This document shows positions 35,376 through 44,910 of a stretch of DNA of 64,000 nt, piece after piece; within the stretch, counting starts at the first letter, position 1, and each line of letters starts with the position of its first letter. The notes below the pieces were generated by a model. That model did no database searches and was not told where the DNA came from. It saw only the letters and a program-made list of their open reading frames with translations. The translations under genes were made by a program, and so were the position numbers. This stretch comes from an uncultured Clostridia bacterium. Lineage in GTDB: Bacteria; Bacillota; Clostridia; Christensenellales; Borkfalkiaceae. Location of the stretch: positions 93,579 through 157,578 of the forward strand of contig CANRHB010000001.1 in NCBI GenBank assembly GCA_947630325.1. The letters run 5' to 3'.

Positions 35376-36599
35376 TCAGTCCATTGGAATGCCCATTCCC
35401 GCTGCATAGCCCGTCGCAAAGGCGATATGGAGGTTGAACCCGCCCGTAAAGGCGTCCAAATCGAGCGCCTCGCCGCAAAAAGCGAGCCCATGCACGAGTT
35501 TGCTCTGCATCGTCTTGGGGTCGATCTCCCCGAGCGAGACCCCGCCCGACGTGATCACCGCCTCGTCAAAACCGCGCAGTTTCGCGGGGTGAAGCGGAAA
35601 GGCTTTGAGCGCGGACAGAAGCCCCCGCCGCTCCTCCGCAGTGACGGCGTTCGCCTGCTTTTCGGGGGAAATTTTCGCCGTCCGAAGGACGAGAAGCCCC
35701 AAATTTTGCGGCAGAAGCCCGCGGATGACGTTCTTCATCTGCTCGTTTTTGCGCTCCGAAAAGTCCCGCAAGAGGCGAGTATCAAGCTGTTTTTCGTCGA
35801 GCGCAGGCTTGAAATCGAGGAATAGATCGAGTTCCCCAAGAGGCAGGCGGTTGATGAGCGCGGAGAGGCTCAAAACGAGCGGCCCGCTTACGCCGTAATG
35901 GGTGAAGAGCAGTTCCCCCATTTGGGAGAAGAGCGTCTTTTGCCCGCGTCGGCATTGCAGCACGCAGTTTTTGACCGAGATCCCCTGCGCCGAAGAGAGG
36001 TCCTCTTTTGTCTCGATCCCCACAAGGGAGGGAACGCAGGGCACGAGCGTGTGGCCCGCCTCCTTTGCAAAGCGCGGTCCGTCGCCCGTGGAGCCCGTGG
36101 AGGGATAGCTGAGCCCTCCCGTCGCAACGATGCAAAAATCGCAAAAAATCTCCTCATTTGCAAGTATTATGCCACGCATAGTACTATGCAAAAGGTCGAT
36201 TTTCAAAACTTCGCTGTTAAATTTGAAGGTAACTCCCGCCTCTCGGCACATTTTTTCGAGGGTTTTCGTCACATCGCTTGCATGGTCGGAGACGGGAAAG
36301 ACGCGGTTTCCCCTCTCCGTTTTGAGGGCCAGCCCGTTCTCTTCGAGAAGTTCCATCAAGGCGCGGGGCGGAAATCGGTACACTGCGCCGCGCAAAAACT
36401 TCTCCCCGCGCACGACGTTTTGCAAAAATTCGTCGGGCGGGCAGTCGTTGGTGAGGTTGCACCTCCCCTTTCCCGTGATATAAATTTTTTTGCCGAGTTT
36501 TTCGTTCTTCTCGACGAGGACGACTTCGTGTCCGCTCTTTGCGGCGGCATATGCCGCAAGGAGCCCGCTTGCGCCGCCGCCCACTACCGCGACTTTCAT
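35376..36599 (-). CDS. HI0933-family FAD-dependent oxidoreductase
   Basis: VAVVGGGASGLLAA dinucleotide fold, ATGGLSYPSTGSTGDG motif. Confidence 0.85.
   Translation of the reverse strand: MKVAVVGGGASGLLAAYAAAKSGHEVVLVEKNEKLGKKIYITGKGRCNLTNDCPPDEFLQNVVRGEKFLRGAVYRFPPRALMELLEENGLALKTERGNRVFPVSDHASDVTKTLEKMCREAGVTFKFNSEVLKIDLLHSTMRGIILANEEIFCDFCIVATGGLSYPSTGSTGDGPRFAKEAGHTLVPCVPSLVGIETKEDLSSAQGISVKNCVLQCRRGQKTLFSQMGELLFTHYGVSGPLVLSLSALINRLPLGELDLFLDFKPALDEKQLDTRLLRDFSERKNEQMKNVIRGLLPQNLGLLVLRTAKISPEKQANAVTAEERRGLLSALKAFPLHPAKLRGFDEAVITSGGVSLGEIDPKTMQSKLVHGLAFCGEALDLDAFTGGFNLHIAFATGYAAGMGIPMD
36165..36188. repeat. AT-rich palindrome family copy, inside CDS
   Basis: TATTATG-CCACG-CATAGTA followed by CTATG (the latter forms the CATAGTACTATG 12-bp palindrome). 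Confidence 0.75.
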
Positions 36600-36687
36600 C
36601 TCTTCTCCTTAGCAAAACGAGGGCGCCCGCCCCCGTGTGTTGTTTTAATGTGTGTGTTCTACTTTGTTGTAGCGCACTTTTACAATA

Positions 36688-36788
36688 TGTCATTTCGACC
36701 AAGCGAAGCGCGTGGAGAAATCTCGCCTTGCTATAATGCGGTAGAGCTTTCTCCTTCGCCCTTCCCCACTCCTCAAGGGGTGGGCAAG
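36688..36788. repeat. mosaic palindromic-module cluster C
   Basis: One M1 half-element with the GCTATAATGCGGTAGAG loop sequence plus an M3 hairpin CCCACTCCTCAAGGGGTGGG. Confidence 0.85.
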
Positions 36789-36805
36789 AGGTCAATTTAT
36801 GCAAA

Positions 36806-38224
36806 CTACACGGGGTACACTCCCGTCTTTGCCAAATCTTGGTCCACGCCCTCGCGTGCGGCCTTTCTCCATTTGAAGAAATTCTCCGCAACTTCGGGGA
36901 AGGAGGCATAGGAGAGAACATCCTCCTCCTGCGTGTAGTAGCCCTTTGCGATGACTTCGGCTTTGAGTTTTTCATACTCGGGCTCGAGGTCGTCCGCGGG
37001 ACGGTGGGTAATGCGCTTCTCCCCTTTCAACACCTTTTCGGCGACTTCCTCGTTGATGGGCATGGGAAGTTGCCCGTACTTGCCCGCAAACAGGTCGCGG
37101 GTCTCCTTGGTCACCATTTTATACCGTTCGCCCATGACGACGTTCATCACCGCCTGCGTGCCCACGATCTGCGAACTCGGGGTCACGAGGGGCGGATAGC
37201 CGCAGTCCCTTCTTACATTGGGGACTTCGGCAAGCACTTCGCCGAGTTTTTCCTCCTTGCCCGCCTTTTTGAGCTGGTTCATGAGGTTGGAGAGCATTCC
37301 GCCCGGCACCTGGTAGATGAGGGTATTTACGTCCACCTGCCGCACCTTGGGGTTGAGCGAACCCTCCTTTTCGAGTTCCTGCGCCACCTTTTTGAAGTGG
37401 TTCGCAATGGGAATGAGTTTATTTAGGTCGATCCCCGTGTCGTACTCCGTCCCCTTGAGGGTGGCGACTAAGGGCTCGGTCGCGGGCTGGGAAGTGCCGT
37501 TCCCGAGGGGCGAGAGCGCGGTATCCACGATGTCCACCCCCGCCTTGATCGCCATGAGGTTGACCATATCCCCCGTGCCCGTCGTGTTGTGGGTGTGGAG
37601 GTGCAGTTTCGTCTCGGGGCGAAGCGCCTTTTTGAGCGCCGTCACGAGTTCATAAGCGTCGAAGGGCAGAAGCAAGTTCGCCATGTCCTTGATGCAGATG
37701 TTGTCCGCACCCATGCTCTCATAGGTCTTGGCGAGGTTGACGAAATAATCGAGGTTATACACGGGGCCGGAGGTGTAGGAAATGGCCGCCTCCGCGATCC
37801 CGCCGTACCCCTCGCCGTATTTTTTCATCGCCTTCATCGAGGCCTCGATGTTGCGGGGGTCGTTCAAAGCGTCGAACACGCGGATGACCCGCACGCCGTT
37901 TTCAAAGGACTTTTCCACCACCTTTTCGACGAGGTCGTCCGCATAGTTGCGGTAGCCGAGCAGGTTCTGCCCGCGGAGTAGCATTTGAATGGGCGTCTTT
38001 TTGAGATATTTGCGGAGGGTCCTCAGCCTCTCCCACGGATCCTCGTGCAAAAAGCGCATACAGGAGTCGAACGTTGCGCCACCCCAGCCCTCGAGGGAAT
38101 AGTAGCCCACCTCATCGAGCTGTTCGAGAACGGGGATCATCTGCTCCGTCCGCATACGCGTCGCGGCGTGCGATTGGTGCGCGTCGCGCAGAATGGTATC
38201 CATGATCATTACTTTTTTAGACAT
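36806..38224 (-). CDS. oxaloacetate decarboxylase alpha / transcarboxylase 5S-type carboxyltransferase (no biotinyl domain)
   Basis: IMDTILRDAHQS TIM-barrel HMGL-like N-terminus; 472 aa, ends before any AMKM motif. Confidence 0.85.
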   Translation of the reverse strand: MSKKVMIMDTILRDAHQSHAATRMRTEQMIPVLEQLDEVGYYSLEGWGGATFDSCMRFLHEDPWERLRTLRKYLKKTPIQMLLRGQNLLGYRNYADDLVEKVVEKSFENGVRVIRVFDALNDPRNIEASMKAMKKYGEGYGGIAEAAISYTSGPVYNLDYFVNLAKTYESMGADNICIKDMANLLLPFDAYELVTALKKALRPETKLHLHTHNTTGTGDMVNLMAIKAGVDIVDTALSPLGNGTSQPATEPLVATLKGTEYDTGIDLNKLIPIANHFKKVAQELEKEGSLNPKVRQVDVNTLIYQVPGGMLSNLMNQLKKAGKEEKLGEVLAEVPNVRRDCGYPPLVTPSSQIVGTQAVMNVVMGERYKMVTKETRDLFAGKYGQLPMPINEEVAEKVLKGEKRITHRPADDLEPEYEKLKAEVIAKGYYTQEEDVLSYASFPEVAENFFKWRKAAREGVDQDLAKTGVYPV

Positions 38225-38239
38225 ATATTTTCTCCCGAT

Positions 38240-39679
38240 TTACCAAGGTATGGACAGTAGAATGCCCGCCGCCAGCGCAGAGCCGATGACCCCCGCCACG
38301 TTGGGACCCATCGCGTGCATGAGCAAGTGGTTCTGCGGATCGTACTCCCTGCCCACGTCCTCCGAAATGCGTGCCGCCATGGGCACTGCCGAGACGCCAG
38401 CCGAGCCGATGAGCGGATTGATCTTCCCCTTCGTGAGTTTGCACATGAGTTTCGCCGTGAGGAGCCCGCCGATCGTGCCGCAATAGAAGGCGACAACGCC
38501 GATGAGAATAATGCTCAGCGTATCCGTCGTAAGGAACACATCCCCCTTCGCCTTACAGCCGACGGCAATGCCGAGGAAGATGGTGACCGTGTTCATGAGC
38601 CCGTTCTGCGCCTGCGAGGAGAGCCGCTCGACGACGCCCGATTCGCGGAACAAATTGCCGAGCATGAGCATCCCGAGGAGGGGCACCGCGTCGGGCAGGA
38701 GAAGTCCCACGACCAAGGTGACCGCCACGGGGAAGATGATCTTCTCCACTTTGGAGACCTGGCGGAGGGGTTTCATGCGGATCATGCGCTCTTTTTTGGT
38801 GGTAAGGAGCCGCATGATGGGCTTTTGGATGAAGGGAATGAGCGCCATATAGGAATAGGCCGCAATGGCGATCATGGGCAGAAGGTCGGGGGCGAGTGTC
38901 TTTGCAACGTAAATTGCCGTGGGGCCGTCCGCACCGCCGATGATGGCGATCGCCGCCGCCGCCGCGCCGCCGAAGCCGAGGAGCATGGCTCCAAACAGAG
39001 CGATGAAGATCCCGAGTTGTGCGCCCGCGCCGATGAACATGCTCTTGGGGTTGGCGATGAGCGGACCGAAGTCGGTCATCGCGCCGATGCCGAGGAAGAT
39101 GAGCGGCGGATAAATGACCTTATCCACGCCATAGTAGAGATACCAAAGGAGCCCGCGATTAACAACGTCATCATACGCACTACTCATTATCAGCGCACTG
39201 TCCGTAAAGACTGTCACGCCTTCCGATACTGTACCGGATACATATCCCTGTAATGAATATAGCGCAAATTGTCCTGTTGACATTTGCGATACAACATTGT
39301 TCTGCAATGAAACAAAATCCGCAAAATAATTTACGGTATCACCGACCAAATAACCCGAACGAATATAAATCGTTTCCCCTAAGTCATTGGCATAAACGCC
39401 GGCATATTCCATTTTGTCTGAAATGCCGAGAGAAAGATTCAACTCCGGGGAATGCTCTCCCCAGAGCACCTTTTCCGCACCGGGAAGGTTAATGAGGAAC
39501 ATGCCGAAGGCAATGGGCAAGAGCAACATGGGCTCCGCCTTGAATTTGATCGCCACAAAGACCAACACGCAAGCGATGACGAGCATGACATAGTTCTGCC
39601 ACGTACCCTGAGAGAGCCCCATGGACTGCCATAGATCGGAAAAGATCTTTCCGATGTCGAGTGCAAGTAAATTCTGCAT
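38240..39679 (-). CDS. Na+-translocating decarboxylase beta subunit (OadB/MmdB/GcdB family)
   Basis: GADGPTAIY, SAGVSAVPMAAR, LLMHAMGPNVAGVIGSA motifs; long AT-richer loop region at about 39180-39440. Confidence 0.9.
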   Translation of the reverse strand: MQNLLALDIGKIFSDLWQSMGLSQGTWQNYVMLVIACVLVFVAIKFKAEPMLLLPIAFGMFLINLPGAEKVLWGEHSPELNLSLGISDKMEYAGVYANDLGETIYIRSGYLVGDTVNYFADFVSLQNNVVSQMSTGQFALYSLQGYVSGTVSEGVTVFTDSALIMSSAYDDVVNRGLLWYLYYGVDKVIYPPLIFLGIGAMTDFGPLIANPKSMFIGAGAQLGIFIALFGAMLLGFGGAAAAAIAIIGGADGPTAIYVAKTLAPDLLPMIAIAAYSYMALIPFIQKPIMRLLTTKKERMIRMKPLRQVSKVEKIIFPVAVTLVVGLLLPDAVPLLGMLMLGNLFRESGVVERLSSQAQNGLMNTVTIFLGIAVGCKAKGDVFLTTDTLSIILIGVVAFYCGTIGGLLTAKLMCKLTKGKINPLIGSAGVSAVPMAARISEDVGREYDPQNHLLMHAMGPNVAGVIGSALAAGILLSIPW

Positions 39680-39691
39680 GAATCTTCTCCG

Positions 39692-40054
39692 TTAGGCGAT
39701 GACGGCGAGAACTGCGTCCGATTCGACGTTCGCGCCCTTCTGCACGTTGTAAGTGATGACGCCGTCGCAGGGAGCGGTGATGTCGTTGTCCATCTTCATT
39801 GCCTCAAGCACGAGGATGGGCTGATCCTTTTTGACCGCCGCCCCGTTTGCAAAGAGCAAATTTTTGATGAGCCCGGGGAAGGGCGAAACGACCTTGGTGC
39901 CGCTGAGATTGGCCTTAGGGGCCGCCACGGGAGCGGGAGCCGCCGCCTGCTGGGCTACAACGGGAGCCGACGGAGCCGCACTTGCGCCCGCGCCGACCTC
40001 CTCCACGCCCACTTCATACTTTTTTCCGTCTACAGTTATAATAAAATTCCGCAT
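39692..40054 (-). CDS. biotin carboxyl carrier subunit
   Basis: Ala/Pro linker then LVLEAMKMDNDI biotinylation motif. Confidence 0.88.
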   Translation of the reverse strand: MRNFIITVDGKKYEVGVEEVGAGASAAPSAPVVAQQAAAPAPVAAPKANLSGTKVVSPFPGLIKNLLFANGAAVKKDQPILVLEAMKMDNDITAPCDGVITYNVQKGANVESDAVLAVIA

Positions 40055-40114
40055 AATAACTCCTCGTGATAAATTTTCACGTTCATTTTATCATTTCTAC
40101 ATTTTTTCCCAAAT

Positions 40115-40388
40115 TGTCATTTCGAGTTTGTCGCCCCGCCCGCACGTTCCAAATCTTTCTAAATTGTCATTTCGAGCTTGTCGAGAAATCTCTACCTTAG
40201 TTCTCAAAATGTCATTCCGAGCGCAGTCGAGGAATCTCTACCGCATTATAATAATGTGAGATTTCTCCACGCGCCGCAAAGCGGCTTGGTCGAAATGACA
40301 ATTAGAACAGCGTTCTTTAATGGCATGTCGCCCCGCCCGCACGTTCCAAATTGTCATGTCGAGCGCAGTCGAGACATCTCTACCGCAT
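40115..40388. repeat. mosaic palindromic-module cluster D (inside the decarboxylase operon)
   Basis: Six M1 arms (TGTCATTTCGAG, TGTCATTCCGAG, TGTCATGTCGAG, reverse TCGAAATGACA) with the ATTATAATAATG loop. Confidence 0.9.
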
Positions 40389-40400
40389 TTTTCTTCTGCT

Positions 40401-40718
40401 TTACAACCTTTTTATTCGTCTTACCACAAAGTCGCACTTTTGGGGGGCGGCGTCGTAATAGGCCGCAAGCGCCGCCGCGATCACCGCCACCGTCTCGGGC
40501 GAAATTCCCTCCTCCACTTGGGGCAAAACCGCGGTCACCGCCGACTCTCTCGCCTCTTCCTTGCGCTTTCTGCCGTTCAACTTCTTCATCAAAAAGCCGA
40601 GAGCCGTGAAGATCGCAATGAGAAGCGCGATGCCGACAAAGACGAACAAAAACCCGAACACCGCGTAAAAGGCGCCCTCGCCGAGATCGACTTGAAAAAA
40701 TCCGTCGAGCAAATTCAT
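40401..40718 (-). CDS. OadG-family decarboxylase small membrane subunit
   Basis: 105 aa, single N-terminal TM (FGFLFVFVGIALLIAIF), position between carboxyltransferase and carrier genes. Confidence 0.7.
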   Translation of the reverse strand: MNLLDGFFQVDLGEGAFYAVFGFLFVFVGIALLIAIFTALGFLMKKLNGRKRKEEARESAVTAVLPQVEEGISPETVAVIAAALAAYYDAAPQKCDFVVRRIKRL

Positions 40719-40722
40719 CTTC

Positions 40723-42063
40723 TCACCTCAAAAGCATCTGCAGGGAGGCGATGAGATACTGCTTGATAAAGCGGGGCTCGATGACATTGTCGAGGTACCC
40801 TCCCTTCGCCGCGTTCACGGGGTCGGCATGTTCGCGCGCATACTTTTCGAGGAGCGCCTCCTTCCCCTCCGTGCTGTTCCCGTAAAAGATCTCCGCTCCC
40901 TTTTCGTCCTCGAAGAGAGCGATCTCCGCATTGGCAAGGGCGAACGTAAAGTCAAAGCCCGCCGACTTCGCCGCAAACAGCGAATAGCCGAGCCCCACCG
41001 CTCTGCCCGTGACGACCGAAATTTTCGCCGTGTCGATGGCGTCCAAAATGTTGAGATACTCGGCGATCTCCTTGAGGATCGCGCTGTTGTTGACCGAAAG
41101 GGTCTCTTCGACGCCGAGGCAGTCCACAAACAGCACGAGCGGGAGCCCGTAACAGCAGGCAAGTTCGGCAAAAGCGCGGAGTTTTTTCAAGTGAACTTCG
41201 GTAAGTTTCACCCCGTTTAGCACCGCCGCCGCCACCGCAATGCCGCCGACGCGCCCCAACACCGTTTTGATCTCGGGAGCGCAGTTCGCGCCGAGTTCTA
41301 ACCCGTCCTCGATGAGAGAAAGGACCTCTTCTGCCCCCGCCTTCTCTTCAAACGCAGGCGCGGGCGCGTTGAGTTCGGCGTCGATCACCTCTTCGCCGAA
41401 GAGTTCGGTGAGGAACTTGATGTGCGCCGCGACCTCTTCAAGATCTTTGACCTTGACTGCGGGAAGCACGGCGTTCTTCAAGGCATCATATCCGCCGACT
41501 TCCTCTTTTTTGAGTTCCTTCCCCTCCTTAGCCGAGAGCACGAGGGGGCTGGATACCGCAAGCGCACCCTCTTTGAGGAAGAATACAACGTCGGCAACCG
41601 CCGCGATCGCCGCCGCCGCGCCATAGACGTTTCCGCCCACAACGGCGTATTGGGGGACGGTGCCTTTGAGCTGGGTCGCTTTCAAAAGAAGACGGGAAAT
41701 GCCCTCGAGCACGTTCACGCCCTCGCCGATCTTCGCCCCTTGGCAGTTGAGAAGCCAGATGACGGGCGTCTCGTTCTTTTCGGCGGCGTCGAGCGTCTTT
41801 GCGATCTTCTCGCACTGCCCTTTGGTAAGCCCGCCGAAGTCCTGCGCAAAATTTTGCGCCACAAGATAAAAGGGGTAACCGCCCACCGTGCAAAAGCCCG
41901 TGACGACCCCTTCGCCCGCGGAGGAACTGCCCTCCGAAAAACTGAATGCGGAGAGTTCGACAAAGCTGTCCTCGTCGGCGATTTGGGCGATCTGCTTCCG
42001 CGTCGCCTCGCCCGCCTTTAAGAGTTCCTCTTTCCTCTCCCGCAACCGTTGAATTCGTTCCAT
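40723..42063 (-). CDS. acyl-CoA carboxyltransferase (12S / MmdA / PccB-like)
   Basis: Two-lobed carboxyl-transferase domain; VTGFCTVGGYPFYLVAQNFAQDFGG...LLNCQGAKIGEG; ATG 42063. Confidence 0.8.
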   Translation of the reverse strand: MERIQRLRERKEELLKAGEATRKQIAQIADEDSFVELSAFSFSEGSSSAGEGVVTGFCTVGGYPFYLVAQNFAQDFGGLTKGQCEKIAKTLDAAEKNETPVIWLLNCQGAKIGEGVNVLEGISRLLLKATQLKGTVPQYAVVGGNVYGAAAAIAAVADVVFFLKEGALAVSSPLVLSAKEGKELKKEEVGGYDALKNAVLPAVKVKDLEEVAAHIKFLTELFGEEVIDAELNAPAPAFEEKAGAEEVLSLIEDGLELGANCAPEIKTVLGRVGGIAVAAAVLNGVKLTEVHLKKLRAFAELACCYGLPLVLFVDCLGVEETLSVNNSAILKEIAEYLNILDAIDTAKISVVTGRAVGLGYSLFAAKSAGFDFTFALANAEIALFEDEKGAEIFYGNSTEGKEALLEKYAREHADPVNAAKGGYLDNVIEPRFIKQYLIASLQMLLR

Positions 42064-42241
42064 GAAAACCTCTTTATTGATGAAAAACTCCAATTTCTAC
42101 CAAATACCATTTTACTATATCCGCCGCCCGCTGTCAAGTGTTTGGCGCATTCTTTCGGGTCGGAAAATCGCCGTCCCTTCTCATGCCGCCGCCCGTGCGC
42201 ACAGCATGAGGAAGCGAGAAAAAAACTCCCTTGGGGGGAGT

Positions 42242-43234
42242 TCACTTCTTTTCTTCGTTTTGCTTTACTCCCTTTTTGACGATCGCCCCGTCCGGGCCGA
42301 CCACCTCGAGGGTGAAATCCCCCTTCTCCTTCTTCTCCTCGATCCGTGTCTCGCGGTGGAATTTCTTTTCGAACCACCCCAAAATGGCGTCCGATTTCTT
42401 GTAGAGGACGACAAAGAGGAGGACGACGAGCACGCCGATCGCCACCCACGTAAGGATCCCCCACCAGGTATTGAACGGAATGAGAGAGATGGAATAACTC
42501 GTGGTGAAGATGGCAAGCACGCGGGACAAGAGGATCACGCCGAGAAAGAGCCAGATGGACATGCTCGAGAGCCCAGCAATGAAACAGAGCACGTCGTCGG
42601 GAAAGACGGGCAAAAGGAACATTGCGGAAAGAAGCAGTTTGTCCTTGCCCTTGATCTTTTTCAACCACTTTTCCAAGGTGTCTCGTCCGATCATCCACGC
42701 GACCACCCGTATGCCCGCATATCTTCCCACGAGGAAGGCGACGAGAGAGCCGAGCACGATGCCGAGCAAACTCAGCAAACTTCCCACTAAGGGTCCGAAG
42801 AGCGCCGCGCCCGCGACCACCGTCACCGTGCTCGGAATGGGCAGAATGACGACCTGCAAAAACTGCAACAGCACAAAGAGAACCCCCATCCACACGCCCG
42901 TGCGTTTGAGGTATTCTTCGAGGAGGTCCTCGTCCCCCGCGATCTCCATAAATCCCGTGCGGAGGAGGATGTAGAGCACCACGCCCGCAAACACGAGCAT
43001 GACATAGCCTATGATGCACGCCTTATAGAGGAACTCTTTCCTTCTTATATAAGAAACGATGTCGAGGGTAAGCAGGGCGGCGTTGAGGAGCGTTCCGCCG
43101 ATGAGGATGAGAAGATATGCCCAGCGCGGAAAGCCCTCGGGAAGATACCCAAGGCAGAGCAGAAAAAAAACCTGCGTGGCCGCCGCCGCAAGCGCAATGC
43201 AGATGATGTGTAAAATGACCGTACTGCGTTTCAT
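42242..43234 (-). CDS. TVP38/TMEM64 (DedA-related) family membrane protein
   Basis: VVILPIPSTVTVVAGAALFGPLVGSLLSLLG core motif, extra N-terminal TMs; hairpin+T7 overlaps the stop. Confidence 0.8.
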   Translation of the reverse strand: MKRSTVILHIICIALAAAATQVFFLLCLGYLPEGFPRWAYLLILIGGTLLNAALLTLDIVSYIRRKEFLYKACIIGYVMLVFAGVVLYILLRTGFMEIAGDEDLLEEYLKRTGVWMGVLFVLLQFLQVVILPIPSTVTVVAGAALFGPLVGSLLSLLGIVLGSLVAFLVGRYAGIRVVAWMIGRDTLEKWLKKIKGKDKLLLSAMFLLPVFPDDVLCFIAGLSSMSIWLFLGVILLSRVLAIFTTSYSISLIPFNTWWGILTWVAIGVLVVLLFVVLYKKSDAILGWFEKKFHRETRIEEKKEKGDFTLEVVGPDGAIVKKGVKQNEEKK

Positions 43235-43331
43235 ATCTCTCGCCCGCTCCCCTGCTCTTAAAGGTCCTCCGCTTATAAGACGGTCGGGAGCAAAAATTTA
43301 CTCACAATCAGTATATGCGCAAAGAAAAAAG

Positions 43332-43784
43332 TTATTTATCTGAAAACGCTTTGATCGCCGCCCGCGCGAGTTCGTCACAGCGGTTGTTGAGCTCGTTGTC
43401 GGCGTGCCCCTTCACCTTGTGAAAGACAACTTCGTGAACGCGGGTCAAAGAGAGCAGTTTTTTCCAGAGATCGTCGTTGAGAACGGGTTTTTTGTCCGCT
43501 TTTTTCCAGCCGCTCTTCTCCCAGGCGTACACCCAGCCTTCGAGAAAGCCGTTCACGGTGTAGGCAGAATCGCTGTAAACGTCCACATGGCAGGGATATT
43601 TGAGCCGTTCGAGCCCCTCGATGACGGCCATAAGTTCCATGCGGTTGTTGGTGGTCTCCTCCTCGCCGCCGCTGAGTTCCCGCCTGTGTTCGCCGAACAG
43701 GAGCACCGCGCCCCAGCCTCCCGCCCCGGGGTTGCCCGAGCACGCGCCGTCCGTATAGAGAGTGACTTGTTTGAGTTCCGCCAT
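43332..43784 (-). CDS. rnhA: ribonuclease HI
   Basis: LYTDGACSGNPGAGGWG and HKVKGHADNELNNRCDELA motifs. Confidence 0.92.
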   Translation of the reverse strand: MAELKQVTLYTDGACSGNPGAGGWGAVLLFGEHRRELSGGEEETTNNRMELMAVIEGLERLKYPCHVDVYSDSAYTVNGFLEGWVYAWEKSGWKKADKKPVLNDDLWKKLLSLTRVHEVVFHKVKGHADNELNNRCDELARAAIKAFSDK

Positions 43785-43885
43785 ATCCGATCCTCATTGT
43801 AATGTCACTTCTATTTTAACAGATTTTTTATATTTTGCAAGAGTTTTTCGTTAAGATGTATCTCCACCTACCTTTGGAAGAACGA

Positions 43886-44690
43886 AACCCCCTCCATTGG
43901 AGGGGGACTAAGGGGGTGGGCATACTCGCCTCCCCTCGCAACGCTTAGCCCCCTTGGCGCCCCTTATAGGTGGAGTTAAGAAAAGCAGTTGCGAAACCCC
44001 CTCCATTGAGGTGGAGTGCCCAAACAGAACCCCCTCCATTGGAGGGGGACTAAGGGGGTGGGCATTCGTCGCCTCCCCTCGCAACGCTTAGCCCCCTTGG
44101 CACCCCTTATAGGGGAGCTGTCGAGCGGAGCGAGACTGAGGGGTTCTCCGAGGGCCTAAGGGTTTGTGTACTCGTCGCCTCCCCTCCCCGCTCCGCGAGG
44201 GACAGCAAGGGTGAGACCTGCCCCCTTTTAAGGGGGCGGGTGGCGCGAAGCGCCAGGTGGGGGTTACAATGTTCTCTTGCCCACCCCTTGAGGGGTGGGT
44301 GGCACGCGCTCTGCGCGTGACGGAAGGGGTGTCTGCAATTTGAAAAGAACACCCCCCTCAGTCATTCGCAAGCTCGTGGAGACATCTCTACCTTAGTTCT
44401 AAAATTGTCATGTCGAGCGAAGTCGAGACATCTCTACCGCACGCCGTTCTTAAAATGTCATGTCGAGCGAAGTCGAGACATCTCTACCGCACGCCGTTCT
44501 TAAATTGTCATGTCGACCGAAGTGGAGACATCTCTACCGCATTATAATAAGGCGAGATTTCTCCACGCGCCGCATAGCGGCTTGGTACTTCGTCGCAGGC
44601 TCCTCGTGCCGCGCTTAGAGAATCAGAACGGCGCGCGGGGCGAAATGACAAAACATAAAGCGGGGCGAAATGACTTATTGGAAACACGCC
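43886..44690. repeat. mosaic palindromic-module cluster E (largest)
   Basis: ~88-bp direct repeat 43886-43972 / 44029-44116, M2, M3, M4 modules, three tandem ~50-bp M1 units (44402-44555), reverse M5. Confidence 0.9.
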
Positions 44691-44695
44691 CACCC

Positions 44696-44797
44696 CCCTA
44701 TCCTTTCCGCACTTTTCCCCCTACTCTCCTATTTCCATACAACGTCTTTTTGCGGGAGCCCTCTTTCCTTTCGATTCCCCTCTGACCCATACACAAA
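44696..44797. repeat. ~101-bp pyrimidine-rich repeat, copy X1
   Basis: About 93% identical by eye to 44911-45011. Confidence 0.85.
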
Positions 44798-44867
44798 GCC
44801 CCCGACCTGCGCAAGGGCTCCCAAAATATTGCAAGATTTTTTTTGGAAAATGCGGTTTGCGGCGACG

Positions 44868-44886
44868 TGGCAGGGGAGACGCGACT
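44868..44886 (-). other. 19-bp copy of the tRNA-Trp 3' end (att-like fragment)
   Basis: TGGCAGGGGAGACGCGACT identical to 45043-45061 (T-loop end, acceptor 3' strand, CCA). Confidence 0.85.
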
Positions 44887-44910
44887 TTATCCCACAAAAA
44901 GACGCTTTCG

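Noticed and set aside
39180-39440. AT-richer ~260-bp segment inside the OadB-like gene as a possible insertion or intein
   Set aside because: It is in frame and has no flanking repeats. It corresponds to the variable loop after the first TM pair, which differs greatly in length among OadB/MmdB/GcdB proteins (Klebsiella OadB also has a long loop there). The compositional dip alone is not evidence of mobility.
42018-43019. R-rich 333-aa and 401-aa ORFs (42018-43019 -, 45458-46663 -) overlapping real genes in another frame
   Set aside because: They are same-strand alternative frames of the TVP38-family and tail-fibre genes. Composition is extremely Arg/Gly-rich, with no motifs or RBS.
44402-44555. 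Possible CRISPR array (regularly spaced ~50-bp repeats)
   Set aside because: The units are contiguous with no unique spacers. They are copies of the M1 palindromic arm found in the other clusters, and no cas genes are in the window.
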